DNA of 64,000 bases from an uncultured archaeon (GTDB lineage Archaea; Asgardarchaeota; Lokiarchaeia; Sigyniarchaeales; SOKP01): the NCBI GenBank assembly GCA_964486045.1, contig CAZALK010000013.1:46841-110840 (forward strand). Direction: 5' to 3'. Every line of letters begins with the position of its first letter. The first letter of the stretch is position 1. The position numbers were made by a program, and so were the translations under genes. Positions 41,923-51,409 of the stretch are shown in pieces. The notes beneath the pieces were generated by a model. It ran no database searches. It saw nothing but the letters and a program-made list of their open reading frames with translations, and was not told the origin of the DNA.

Positions 41923-43367
41923 GAGAAATCTTTGCTGAAATTTTAGAGAAAATCACCCCAACTAATCAAGAAATCGCTCGAATTGAAGCTTTAACAGAAA
42001 AACTAATATATTTATTAGCTAAAAAGTCAAAAGAATTAGGTATTAGCTATACTAAGATTGAGCCACAAGGTTCAACAGGTATCAAACAAACACAACTAAA
42101 AAATGATTTTGATATTGATCTCTTTATTGGACTTGAATATCACGAGTTTAAATCAAGAAATGAAGATTTAAGTAAGAATAAATTAAAAAAAAAAACTAAA
42201 AAAGAATTTTTAGATTTATGTAATAAATGGATTATTCCAAGCTTAAGCTTGAAAGAATTTAAAAATCCTCGTCTTTTATATGCAGAACATCCCTACGTAA
42301 CTGTCGATTATCATTTTGAGGATATAGAGATAAAGATTGACATTGTTCTATATTTTGATTTGGAATTAGAATTAATAAAAGAAAATGGACCCATAACGGC
42401 TGTTGATAGATCACCCTGGCATGGTCGTTTCATAAGAGATAACTTATCTAATGATCAAAAAAATGATGTTCGTCTCCTAAAACAATTCTTTAAATCAAAC
42501 CATTGTTATGGGGATAAGAGCTCTTTAGGTAAAGTAGGTTTCATCGGATACAGCGCAGAATTACTCATTTACTATTTTAACGATATTCAAAATCTTTTTG
42601 AAAATTTTGATAAACTGACTTCTAATCCATTAGATTATTATAAGAGAAACATGAAAGATTTACAGAAAATTATTCATTTTCAAAAAGATTATTTGTTAAT
42701 TATAGATCCAGTTGATAAAAATAGAAATGTTGCCTCAGCAATATCAGAACGTGCTTACAAATACTGTAACTACCAAGTTAACAAATTTCTAAAAAAACCA
42801 AGTAAACATTTTTTTGATATAAAACCAATTCCTGAAATTGACTTAAAAAATTCAAAGGATCTAGCTATATCAAGAACTTTTATTGTTGAATTGAAAAATA
42901 TTGATAATAAAATTCATTATACCATAAATCGAGATAAACTACACTCTTTAGGAGAAAATATTAAAACAACTGGAGAAAAGGAGTTGTCTCGATCAGAAAA
43001 ATTCGGAACAATTATTTATGAAGTGTATTTTGAAGATAACCTCAATGAATATAACGTAGCTTTGTATTGTGAAAAGCCAAATATTCCAAAATCCTATACA
43101 CGTAAAGGACCTTCGGTTAAAAATGCTATTCACGCTATAAAATTTAAAAAAAAAAATCCAAATAGTTTTGCTAAAAACGGATATTTTTGGGTTGAAACCA
43201 AAAGATATTTTACCAATTTCCTTTTATTTTTACAGCAGATAATCAATACAAAAATCCCGGATAATTTCAAGGTCATCAATATCGAAAATTCCCTAAACAC
43301 TGTAACATCCTCAGGAAAGAAAGCGATAACGATTCTTACTCGAATGGTCTTACCTTTTTATCTATAG
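41907..43367 (+). CDS. cca: Class I CCA-adding enzyme
   Basis: QGSTG...DIDLF, YAEHPY, AVDRSPWH, GF.GYSAELL, DPVD.NRNVASA. Confidence 0.93.
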   Translation: MVGYVREIFAEILEKITPTNQEIARIEALTEKLIYLLAKKSKELGISYTKIEPQGSTGIKQTQLKNDFDIDLFIGLEYHEFKSRNEDLSKNKLKKKTKKEFLDLCNKWIIPSLSLKEFKNPRLLYAEHPYVTVDYHFEDIEIKIDIVLYFDLELELIKENGPITAVDRSPWHGRFIRDNLSNDQKNDVRLLKQFFKSNHCYGDKSSLGKVGFIGYSAELLIYYFNDIQNLFENFDKLTSNPLDYYKRNMKDLQKIIHFQKDYLLIIDPVDKNRNVASAISERAYKYCNYQVNKFLKKPSKHFFDIKPIPEIDLKNSKDLAISRTFIVELKNIDNKIHYTINRDKLHSLGENIKTTGEKELSRSEKFGTIIYEVYFEDNLNEYNVALYCEKPNIPKSYTRKGPSVKNAIHAIKFKKKNPNSFAKNGYFWVETKRYFTNFLLFLQQIINTKIPDNFKVINIENSLNTVTSSGKKAITILTRMVLPFYL

Positions 43368-44735
43368 AGTTCCAAAAATTTCAGGGATTAAGAGAATAAC
43401 ATTTGTGCCTTTTTCATGTTCTCCTTCAATTCGATCTTCAGCCCAGATAATTCCGTCAAAACTATTGATAACTTCTCTAACTAATAATAATCCTAAACCA
43501 ATTCTTTTATGGGTTTTAGGTTTTTCATTTATTTTATAAAAGATATTTTTTTTCATCTTGTCAGGCATCCCAATACCGTTATCTCTGAATTCCATCTTTA
43601 TATATTTTATATTTTCTTCCTGGTGTTTAGAAATTTTTATTGTTAATTCTACTTCCGGATTATCGTTATATCGAATTGAATTATTTAATAATATACGAAA
43701 AACATCGAATAATATCTTATTTGCATATACTACAGTAGGTTTTTCCCTGGAATTGATATTGACTAGAATTTTCTTTTCTAGAAATTTTGTCTTCACATAT
43801 TCTATAGCCTCCCCTAAGATCTCATCTATTTGTATTGAGGAGTTTTTGATTTTCCCTGATTCAAGATCTGAGAGTTTTCTTACATTTACTCCAAGTTCTG
43901 CACCTCGATTCACCTGAATTTTAGCTATTTTTACCAGTTTATTAATATTCTTTTCATTTTTATGTTTCACTGCTTCTTGAGCAATTATTTCTAATGAAAA
44001 TTCTAAATTTTGAAGAATATTGTTTATATCATGGACAAAAAGATCTTTATAAAATTCAGCTCTATTATAGGCTGAGCGATAATTATTTTCTGATTTTAAT
44101 ATTTTCTCTTCGATAACAGCGACAACTCCTGTAATAAGCATCATAGTAGCCATGACTATTCTAGAAAATTCTAAAAGATCCTCTGCTCCCGGAAATCCTT
44201 GATCACTAAAAATCCTCGTCGTTACTTGTAATAATCCAGAACTCATAATAAAACACATAAATGCATGGGTAGGTGTTCTTTTTCTCAAATAAATTCTTAC
44301 GATCAAGAAAAGTGTGAAGAACAACAAAATTGAAATGAAAATTAGTAACCCAAGAGATGAAATTTGTTGCTGCAAAAGTAATACAACCATAGGAACTGTA
44401 AGGGCCTTTATCTCTCTTGAAAAGGTTCGATAATACTCAAGAAACACAGCGAAAATGAATATTATAAGAGATAAAGCTGAAAATGACATAGAAATTATCT
44501 CAAAAGTATCATACAATTCTTGAGAAAATAACCTAAAAACTTCAGATATAGAAGCTGCAATATACGCATATAACCAAGGAATTAAATTCCTTCGTTTGAT
44601 GGACACACCTGCAAACAATAATGTGGCAAGGATTACAACAATGGAATTAGATAAATCCATAATAAAATAATCTGTCAATTTTCCACCCTTACTACATTTT
44701 AATTGAAGATTTAAAATAATAATAGAGGGAATCAT
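43362..44735 (-). CDS. Membrane-bound sensor histidine kinase (no adjacent response regulator)
   Basis: Multiple N-terminal TMs; HDINNILQ H-box; DNGIG and GLGL boxes. Confidence 0.9.
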   Translation of the reverse strand: MIPSIIILNLQLKCSKGGKLTDYFIMDLSNSIVVILATLLFAGVSIKRRNLIPWLYAYIAASISEVFRLFSQELYDTFEIISMSFSALSLIIFIFAVFLEYYRTFSREIKALTVPMVVLLLQQQISSLGLLIFISILLFFTLFLIVRIYLRKRTPTHAFMCFIMSSGLLQVTTRIFSDQGFPGAEDLLEFSRIVMATMMLITGVVAVIEEKILKSENNYRSAYNRAEFYKDLFVHDINNILQNLEFSLEIIAQEAVKHKNEKNINKLVKIAKIQVNRGAELGVNVRKLSDLESGKIKNSSIQIDEILGEAIEYVKTKFLEKKILVNINSREKPTVVYANKILFDVFRILLNNSIRYNDNPEVELTIKISKHQEENIKYIKMEFRDNGIGMPDKMKKNIFYKINEKPKTHKRIGLGLLLVREVINSFDGIIWAEDRIEGEHEKGTNVILLIPEIFGTL

Positions 44736-45087
44736 TTTAAATTTACACTAAATAAAACAAATTCAGCTTAAAACTCAAATTTGTTGCTTAAATTCATAAA
44801 ATACTATTGATTTTTACCGATCACATATTAAATATTTATTGTAAACTCTTTAATTATTCCGCTGTTGGCTCTCTTTATTTGGCTTACCATACCGAAACCT
44901 TGTTATATCTCTATAAAATTAGAATAAATTAGCTTATATAAAATAAATAGTCTGTTTGAAAATGTCAATCAAATCAAAAAGCAAAGATCATAAAATTTTT
45001 TACTCTTGAGATATTTAAGAATTTAGAAAATAAAAATAATGATTAAAAATATTTAAAAAATAAAATTTTATGTGATGTGACTTATTT

Positions 45088-47370
45088 ATGGTTAAAGTAA
45101 AGAACCCAGATGAGATAGTAAAGCTCGTAACTTCCGGATCTTATGAGAGAAAGAGAATTTTCAGTATAACCGCGCATTTTTAATAAGGTTTCCTTATTAT
45201 AGCGTAAATTGATCACGGGAAAACAACTGCTACTGATTATCTTCTACGTAGAGCAGGGCTCATGCGGCCAGAAGATGCTGGTCAACTTCAAATGACTGAC
45301 AGCGACGAGGAAGAACAGGCACGTGGGATTACCATTTTTACAAGTGTAGTTTTACTTGCATTCAATGACTCTAGAAAACCAGATGACACTGAACCTTATG
45401 TTATTCAATTAAATGATACTCCAGGTCATATTAGTTTTACCGGGGAGGTATCACGAGCTCTAAGAGGAAGCGATGGTGCAATAATATTGGTCGATGCTCT
45501 TGAAGGAGTAATGACCCAGACAGAAACTAATATTCGTTTATCCGTTGGTGAAGAATTCTGTAAACCAGTTCTATTCATTAATAAAGTTGACCGACTTATT
45601 AGTGAGCTTAAGTTAAGTCCTCAAGATACTTTTGCTAAAATAGATAAAATTACACGCGAAATTAATGAACTTATAAGAAAAGTGAGACCTGAGGGTTCGG
45701 GTTGGACCATTGATTTTGCTAAAAATTCAGTTGCAGTTGGTTCAGCAAAACATGGATGGGGTTTTACATATGAGATTTTAGTTGAAAAAAAAATGAAACC
45801 TCAAGATGTTTTCGCAAAATATACTGAAGGTGACATTCAGTGGTTAAGAGATAATTTACCTTTAGATGAGCCTCTGTTAAGGATGATCGTAGACCATCTT
45901 CCAGATCCTATTAGTGCTGCTAAATATAGAATACCTCATATCTGGGGAGGAGACCTAAGTTCTGAACTTGGACAATCTCTCGTGAAGAGTGATCCAAATG
46001 GGCCTCTCTACGGAATGATAACTAAGATTTTCTTAGACCCAAAAAGGAATTATCAAGCTACTCTTATCGGTCGTGTTTTTTCGGGTACGTTCAACCAAAC
46101 AGATTCAATTTATCTAATTAATAGCGATTCAAGCAACCGTGTGAAGCGGCTTGGAGTTATGGAGATTACTGATCTCTTAGATATTCCCCGGATTCCGGCA
46201 GGAAATTTATTTGCATTATTTGGTTTTGTATGCCCGGCTGGTGAAACATTTATGTTGACAAGTGAGGTTCCTAAAGATAAAGAAGAGAGGAAAAAGCTTC
46301 ACCCCTTCGAGAAAATTAATTATGCGTGCGAGGCTGTGGTTTCGCGGAGTATTAAACCTAAGGACCATCATCTCATTGATAAATTAGATGATGTAGTCGG
46401 AAAATGGCTTAAAGCGAACCCTGAAGCTGAATATCGAAGAGATGAAGAATCTGGTGAATTTGTGCTCTCTGGAATAGACCCTCTCCAAATTGAAATCCTG
46501 ACAAAGAGAATCAACATCCAAGTACCAATTGACATTGGGGAACCAATTATTATTTATAGGGAAAAAATTACGAAAAAAAGTCCGGAATATCATACAAAAT
46601 CTGCGAACACTCACAATCGTATAGTGTTATACATTGAACCTTTAGACGAAACAACAGAAAAGCTAATCGAAACCGGTAAAATTAATGATTTACAAAATGA
46701 CAAGGATAGAGCTAAAATTCTTAGGGAAGACGCAGATTGGGATGCTAAGGAAGCAAGGCGAATTGTTGATGTATATCAAGGAAGTCTCCTTGTCAATGGT
46801 ACTTCGGGATTACAGAGATTTGATCGCGTGAAGTCCTATTTGAGTGCTGCTTTTAGAGATTGGCTTGGTAATTGTATAATAGCAAAAGAACCCGCTACAG
46901 GAGTAAAAGCTGTATTTACAGATTTAGTCATCCATGAAGACCCAAGACATACGCAATATGGCCAGATTGCGGGAATGTTTTTCTCAGCTTTATCACTTGC
47001 GATGTTGGAAGCAGATTCTCATCTCTTTGAGCCAGTCCAGAAAATTGATGTTAAAACACCTCAAGGAACAGAAGGAGGGGTAACAGCCATTATCTCTAAG
47101 CGTCGAGGGAGGATAACTAATGTTATTCCTGAAGGTGAATACGTTAGGATCAAAGGTCAGATTCCTGCTGCCGAGGTAATTGGCATTGCAGACGATATCC
47201 GAGGCTCAACGCAAGGGAGGGCTTTTTTTGGATACGAATTTAAAGGCTTCGAGAAGGTTCCTGCTTCTACTGAAGAAGATCTCATCATGGAAATCCGCAA
47301 ACGCAAAGGACTGCCCCTAGAAATGCCTAATAGAAGGAGTTGGGAGCGTTTTATTTATAAACGTTCTTGA
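45088..47370 (+). CDS. fusA: Elongation factor 2; join(45088..45177,45208..47370), 750 aa after removal of the 30-nt insert
   Basis: Exon 1 MVKVKNPDEIVKLVTSGSYERKRIFSITAH + exon 2 IDHGKTTATDYLLRRAGLMRP...; EQARGITI, DTPGH, NKVD; domain IV HEDPRH; IRKRKGL. Confidence 0.93.
45178..45207 (+). other. Putative bulge-helix-bulge mRNA intron in EF-2
   Basis: 30 nt with 3 in-frame TAA. Central helix GCGC(45172-75)/GCGU(45202-05); bulges AU^U and AA^A, whose canonical cut positions equal the junctions that restore AHIDHGKTT; 8-bp hairpin UAAUAAGG/CCUUAUUA. Confidence 0.85.
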
Positions 47371-47780
47371 TGTTTCAAATTTATTGGAGTTTGGATAATT
47401 TGCTACAAGATGATTTTTCAGATATATTTTTACATCATATTCATGAAATTACTTGGAGTATGGAGGAAGAGGAACTTGGTGCAATTACGAGGGGATCTCA
47501 CTATGATTTATCCCATAGACGACGGATAGGTAGAATTGACTTATTCTCAGGGAGGAATAATTATAAACGCCACCAACGTTATTTTGAAGAGGTAAAAGCT
47601 TCACTAAATCCAGGTAGGCCTACAATACCCCCCGGTTGGACTCAAGATCAATTTGACACGTATTTAGATAGTCGTCAGTTTTATTATACCCATGGTGAGA
47701 GAAAGTGGTTTTTGGAATATTTCGGAGATTTCTACAGATTGTTTCAAAATAAAAAATTTTGGAATACTAAAAAATTATAA
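47367..47780 (+). CDS. Hypothetical protein (possibly a fragment), cargo of the EF-2 insertion
   Basis: 137-aa ORF overlapping the EF-2 stop; no recognised motif. Confidence 0.45.
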   Translation: MMFQIYWSLDNLLQDDFSDIFLHHIHEITWSMEEEELGAITRGSHYDLSHRRRIGRIDLFSGRNNYKRHQRYFEEVKASLNPGRPTIPPGWTQDQFDTYLDSRQFYYTHGERKWFLEYFGDFYRLFQNKKFWNTKKL

Positions 47781-47799
47781 TCGTTTAGGATATTTAGGT

Positions 47800-48684
47800 C
47801 TAAAATTGGTTTAATTGGGTTTGATTTTTATACCCACTAGAATAAATTTCTTTAATTTTATTTAGGACATCTACATCAAACATTTTTGGTTTATTTATTC
47901 TTAAGTTAATTTCTTTTAAGAATTGGTCTTTAATATGCTGCTCTCCCTTATGAACTTTTTTTATAAAAGGTATAACAAAATTAATTAAGATTGATTTATT
48001 TTTAAATAAAAAGTTTAGTTCATGTAGATTGTCAATAAAGCTAAAGAATCCCTCTACAGTTTCTTTACCAACTTTTTTGATTTTAATCCTATAAATTTTA
48101 GCGTAAAGTAACAATTCAATTTTTTTCAATTCACTTAACATATTAGATGCAATATATTTTTTTATACTATCAAAAGTCTGAGAATTGAGATTTGAGTTTT
48201 CTATTACTATCTTTAACTCTTCTGCATTTAAGATATCCAAGTAACCCTCATTTAACAAGAATTCCATAGTTTGAAAATGATTACTAGCAAATCTTTTGGC
48301 TATTTCTTCTTTAAGAATTCTTTTTGCTAAAGAATCTCCGATCCTCGTTAATTCATTTAATAGGGGAAAGGCTATAGTTCTATGTAATAATCGAGAGTTA
48401 TAGTTATTTTCATTCCATACTTGTAGATTTGAGCAATGCCCCCAAAATTCAATTTCTGGCGGAACATATCCCGTTTCTTCAATTCTTTGATTTTCCATTC
48501 TTTCTGATACTTCATCAACAGAATTAATTTCATTTACGCTTTTTGCTTCAATAATAGGGAAATTTAGCAATAAATATTTGCATTGTAAGAACTCCTTATT
48601 TCTAATATAGAGATTTGTTTTATTTTCTTCTAACTTGAGGGTTATATAATTATTAACCTTGAATTCTTTCGTTCTCTTCAACAA
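47800..48684 (-). CDS. Hypothetical protein of a Lokiarchaeia-type expanded family, cargo of the EF-2 insertion
   Basis: KEFKVNNYITLKLE...EFWGHCSNLQVW.EN.YNSRLLHR.IAFPLL..L...GD..AK...KEEIAKRF, recalled as a recurrent Loki N-terminal domain. Confidence 0.7.
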   Translation of the reverse strand: MLKRTKEFKVNNYITLKLEENKTNLYIRNKEFLQCKYLLLNFPIIEAKSVNEINSVDEVSERMENQRIEETGYVPPEIEFWGHCSNLQVWNENNYNSRLLHRTIAFPLLNELTRIGDSLAKRILKEEIAKRFASNHFQTMEFLLNEGYLDILNAEELKIVIENSNLNSQTFDSIKKYIASNMLSELKKIELLLYAKIYRIKIKKVGKETVEGFFSFIDNLHELNFLFKNKSILINFVIPFIKKVHKGEQHIKDQFLKEINLRINKPKMFDVDVLNKIKEIYSSGYKNQTQLNQF

Positions 48685-48855
48685 TTTTCACCCTTATATT
48701 TTAAAGATAGAAGATTTTACTATTTAAATGTCACCCGTTTTCAAGTTTTTAAGTAAAGAAGTTAATTCGCAACCTAAGGCACCAGACTCTTTATAAGAGG
48801 AATGATCCCTAAGAAATATAGACTTCGATTTAGACAAGTTTTAACAAACATAGCA

Positions 48856-48935
48856 GTTACCGCAATCATAGCAAAGCGTCGCTGGAAATGCCTAATAGAA
48901 GGAGTTGGGAGCGTTTTATTTATAAAAGATCATAA
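48856..48935 (+). pseudogene. Internally deleted orphan copy of the EF-2 3' region
   Basis: 48856-48882 encodes VTAIIAKRR (EF-2 47080-47106: VTAIISKRR), joined to LEMPNRRSWERFIYKRS*; T-tract follows at 48938-48944. Confidence 0.85.
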
Positions 48936-49041
48936 AATTTTTTTAATTATTTTTATCAAACATTACAATAATAAGTATAATACATGTAAAACTAGTTATT
49001 ACTAAGATTTAAAAAACTAAATGATCCCTAAGAGAAACTAC

Positions 49042-49596
49042 TTACTTTGCGATCATATGTAATTTTTTAACAAGAGCTTTAAACGCGTCAGTCACTTTTT
49101 GGCCTGTTAGAGCACTTGTTTTATAATAACCTATAAATCTATTCTCTTTTGCTAATGTTTCTACATTATTATCTGATGTTAAAATATTCGGATTCGAACT
49201 TAACTCACCTTCATCTATTAAATCAACTTTATTCCCAAATAGAACAATGGGAATACCTCCACAATGTTTCTTGAGATCACTAAGCCATCTGGGTACATGT
49301 TCATAAGTTTGGGTTTGATCAGGAGCATGAGAAAACACGATTATAGCTCCACTACTTCCCGTGTAGAATCTTTGGCGTAGGGCTTGAAATGAATCTTGAC
49401 CAGCAATGTCCCATAGAAATAATTCAACTTTATCTCCATCAATTATTTCTTCATATTTAGAGAATTGAGTTCCCAAAGTTGATATATACTCTTCTCGAAA
49501 AGAACCTTGAGTGTATTTTTTAATTAATGAAGTCTTACCGACAGAACCGTCACCGATAACCGTAATCTTAAATCCATATCCAGTACTGTTACTCAT
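49042..49596 (-). CDS. Rab-like small GTPase
   Basis: GDGSVGKTS, WDIAGQ, GNKVD, TSALTG. Confidence 0.93.
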   Translation of the reverse strand: MSNSTGYGFKITVIGDGSVGKTSLIKKYTQGSFREEYISTLGTQFSKYEEIIDGDKVELFLWDIAGQDSFQALRQRFYTGSSGAIIVFSHAPDQTQTYEHVPRWLSDLKKHCGGIPIVLFGNKVDLIDEGELSSNPNILTSDNNVETLAKENRFIGYYKTSALTGQKVTDAFKALVKKLHMIAK

Positions 49597-49887
49597 ATTT
49601 ACCAGCTCTATTAAGTTTCCATTACTTAAATAGTAAAAGTTAGATATTTTAAACTTTTTTTTTTCGAAGATATATTTCTAATTCTAGTAATTAAAGTAGT
49701 GTATCACCATCATAATTATTTAATTATAAACTCAATCAATATTATTTAGGCTTTGATTATAAGCCAAAAACCCTGACAATTTCATCAGTATTGTCAATTT
49801 GATAGAAAAAATCGAATAGCTAATATTAAAAGATGATCTTATCCTTGTACGTCAAAATAAGTACTAAAATTGATTAATAAAAGAAAA

Positions 49888-50436
49888 TTATATTGTAGCT
49901 CTTTGATGTAACTTAAATACTAATGCTTGAAAAGCTTCTTTTACTCCTTGACCTGTTAATGCACTTGTTTTGTAATATTCAATAATACCATGGTCTTGGG
50001 CAAATTTTTTTACGTGAACATCTGAAGTTGCATAATTTGGTGTAGCTAATGCATTTTGATCAACCTTATCAGCTTTATTTCCAAATAATATTACGGGAAT
50101 CCTTCCACATCCTTCTTTTATATTTGACAACCATTTATCAATATGTTCCCATGATTCTAGATCTTCAGGAGCGAGAGAAAAAACAACAATCGCACCACTG
50201 CTTCCCTTATAAAATCTGTCACGTAGACTACTGAAACTTTCTTGTCCAGCCAAATCCCATAATAATAATTCCACATTTTCCCCTTCAACAGGAACTACAT
50301 ATTTCGAAAATTGCATACCTAACGTAGCAATGTAATCTTTTTCAAATGAATCTGTAGTATATCTTTTGATTAGCGAAGTCTTACCTACAGCTCCATCACC
50401 GACTACAACAATCTTAAATTTGAAAGCATCACTCAT
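49888..50436 (-). CDS. Rab-like small GTPase (tandem paralog)
   Basis: GDGAVGKTS, WDLAGQ, GNKAD, TSALTG. Confidence 0.93.
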   Translation of the reverse strand: MSDAFKFKIVVVGDGAVGKTSLIKRYTTDSFEKDYIATLGMQFSKYVVPVEGENVELLLWDLAGQESFSSLRDRFYKGSSGAIVVFSLAPEDLESWEHIDKWLSNIKEGCGRIPVILFGNKADKVDQNALATPNYATSDVHVKKFAQDHGIIEYYKTSALTGQGVKEAFQALVFKLHQRATI

Positions 50437-50604
50437 CTTTAAGTTTGAAAATATTTTTTATCTGTTTTCCTAATAGTACAAATAAGATTTTTTAAGCATT
50501 TCTACTCTATAAAAATCTAATAATTTTTCAACTATTTAAAAATCATTACAACTTATTCATTATACATCGAAGCTAGCTTGATTTATAGACTGAGTTTTGA
50601 AGAA

Positions 50605-51324
50605 TCAATTTTCAATACCAAATAGTTGTATCAATTCATTAGTATTGTTTACCAATTTATCAGGATTATGTTTTCGTAAAGTTTCTTTTTGGGCAAGACC
50701 TGACGCAACGCATATCATCATTACGTCAGCAGACTTTCCCGCTTCTACATCCGTTGTCATATCTCCTATGAAAATGGCTTCAGATGGTTTCATTTTCCAT
50801 TTATCGAGTATAATTTGGATTCCTTCTGGGCTTGGTTTTACTTCAGTTACCTCATTAAATCCTATAATTATATCAAAATACTTGGTGAGGTTAAATTTAT
50901 CTAGCACTTCCTCAGCATATTGACTTTTATTATTCGTCAATATAGCCAATTTAAATTTTTTATTAAAGAGTTTCGAAATCAACTCATCTATCCCTACATA
51001 AATCGTAGATTCAGCGTCTTTATATTTGTTGAATTGGTTAAATAAAAAGACCGCGATACGAAGTTTTTTGAAAAAACTGATTCCCTTTAGAAAATTCACT
51101 TTCAATAATTCGTACGAGTTAAGTAAAATTTTGGGTACAGGGTAATTTTGGATTTCTTCAATAAGATGAGCAATTTCTTCCATGACTTCATCTCGCTGAA
51201 TAGATAATTGATACTTTTCTATTCCATCATCAACAGCCTTCTTTAAAGCATCTGATATATTAAAAATTGTACCGTCTAAATCCCAAATCAAACCCTTATA
51301 ATTTTCCAATATAATTTTTTCCAT
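50605..51324 (-). CDS. HAD-superfamily hydrolase (phosphoglycolate phosphatase-like)
   Basis: WDLDGT, LTNN, KPSPEG, IGDMTTD. Confidence 0.9.
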   Translation of the reverse strand: MEKIILENYKGLIWDLDGTIFNISDALKKAVDDGIEKYQLSIQRDEVMEEIAHLIEEIQNYPVPKILLNSYELLKVNFLKGISFFKKLRIAVFLFNQFNKYKDAESTIYVGIDELISKLFNKKFKLAILTNNKSQYAEEVLDKFNLTKYFDIIIGFNEVTEVKPSPEGIQIILDKWKMKPSEAIFIGDMTTDVEAGKSADVMMICVASGLAQKETLRKHNPDKLVNNTNELIQLFGIEN

Positions 51325-51409
51325 ACTAAAGTGAATAAATATTTAGAATAATTTTAATTATACGATATTAGAATAAAAAAAGTTTAATATAATTCATTTT
51401 AATCGGGTT

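Larger units (their letters stand above)
47320..48935. mobile_element. Small insertion at the 3' end of EF-2, bounded by a duplicated EF-2 3' end; no integrase inside
   Basis: 42-bp perfect direct repeat 47320-47361 = 48885-48926, then CGT TCT TGA versus AGA TCA TAA (both R-S-stop). Confidence 0.78.

Noticed and set aside
45172-45207. Ribosomal bypassing (matched GCG codons 30 nt apart) or stop readthrough as the explanation for the EF-2 insert
   Set aside because: Landing on GCG 45202 is followed immediately by TAA, and readthrough would need three TAA codons and put 10 residues into the P-loop; BHB splicing fits exactly
45262-47370. EF-2 starting at ATG 45262 as in the ORF track
   Set aside because: It would lack the G1/P-loop, which is encoded upstream in the same frame
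48802-49005. 67-aa ORF as a real gene
   Set aside because: It is a chance read-through of EF-2 remnants and AT-rich sequence
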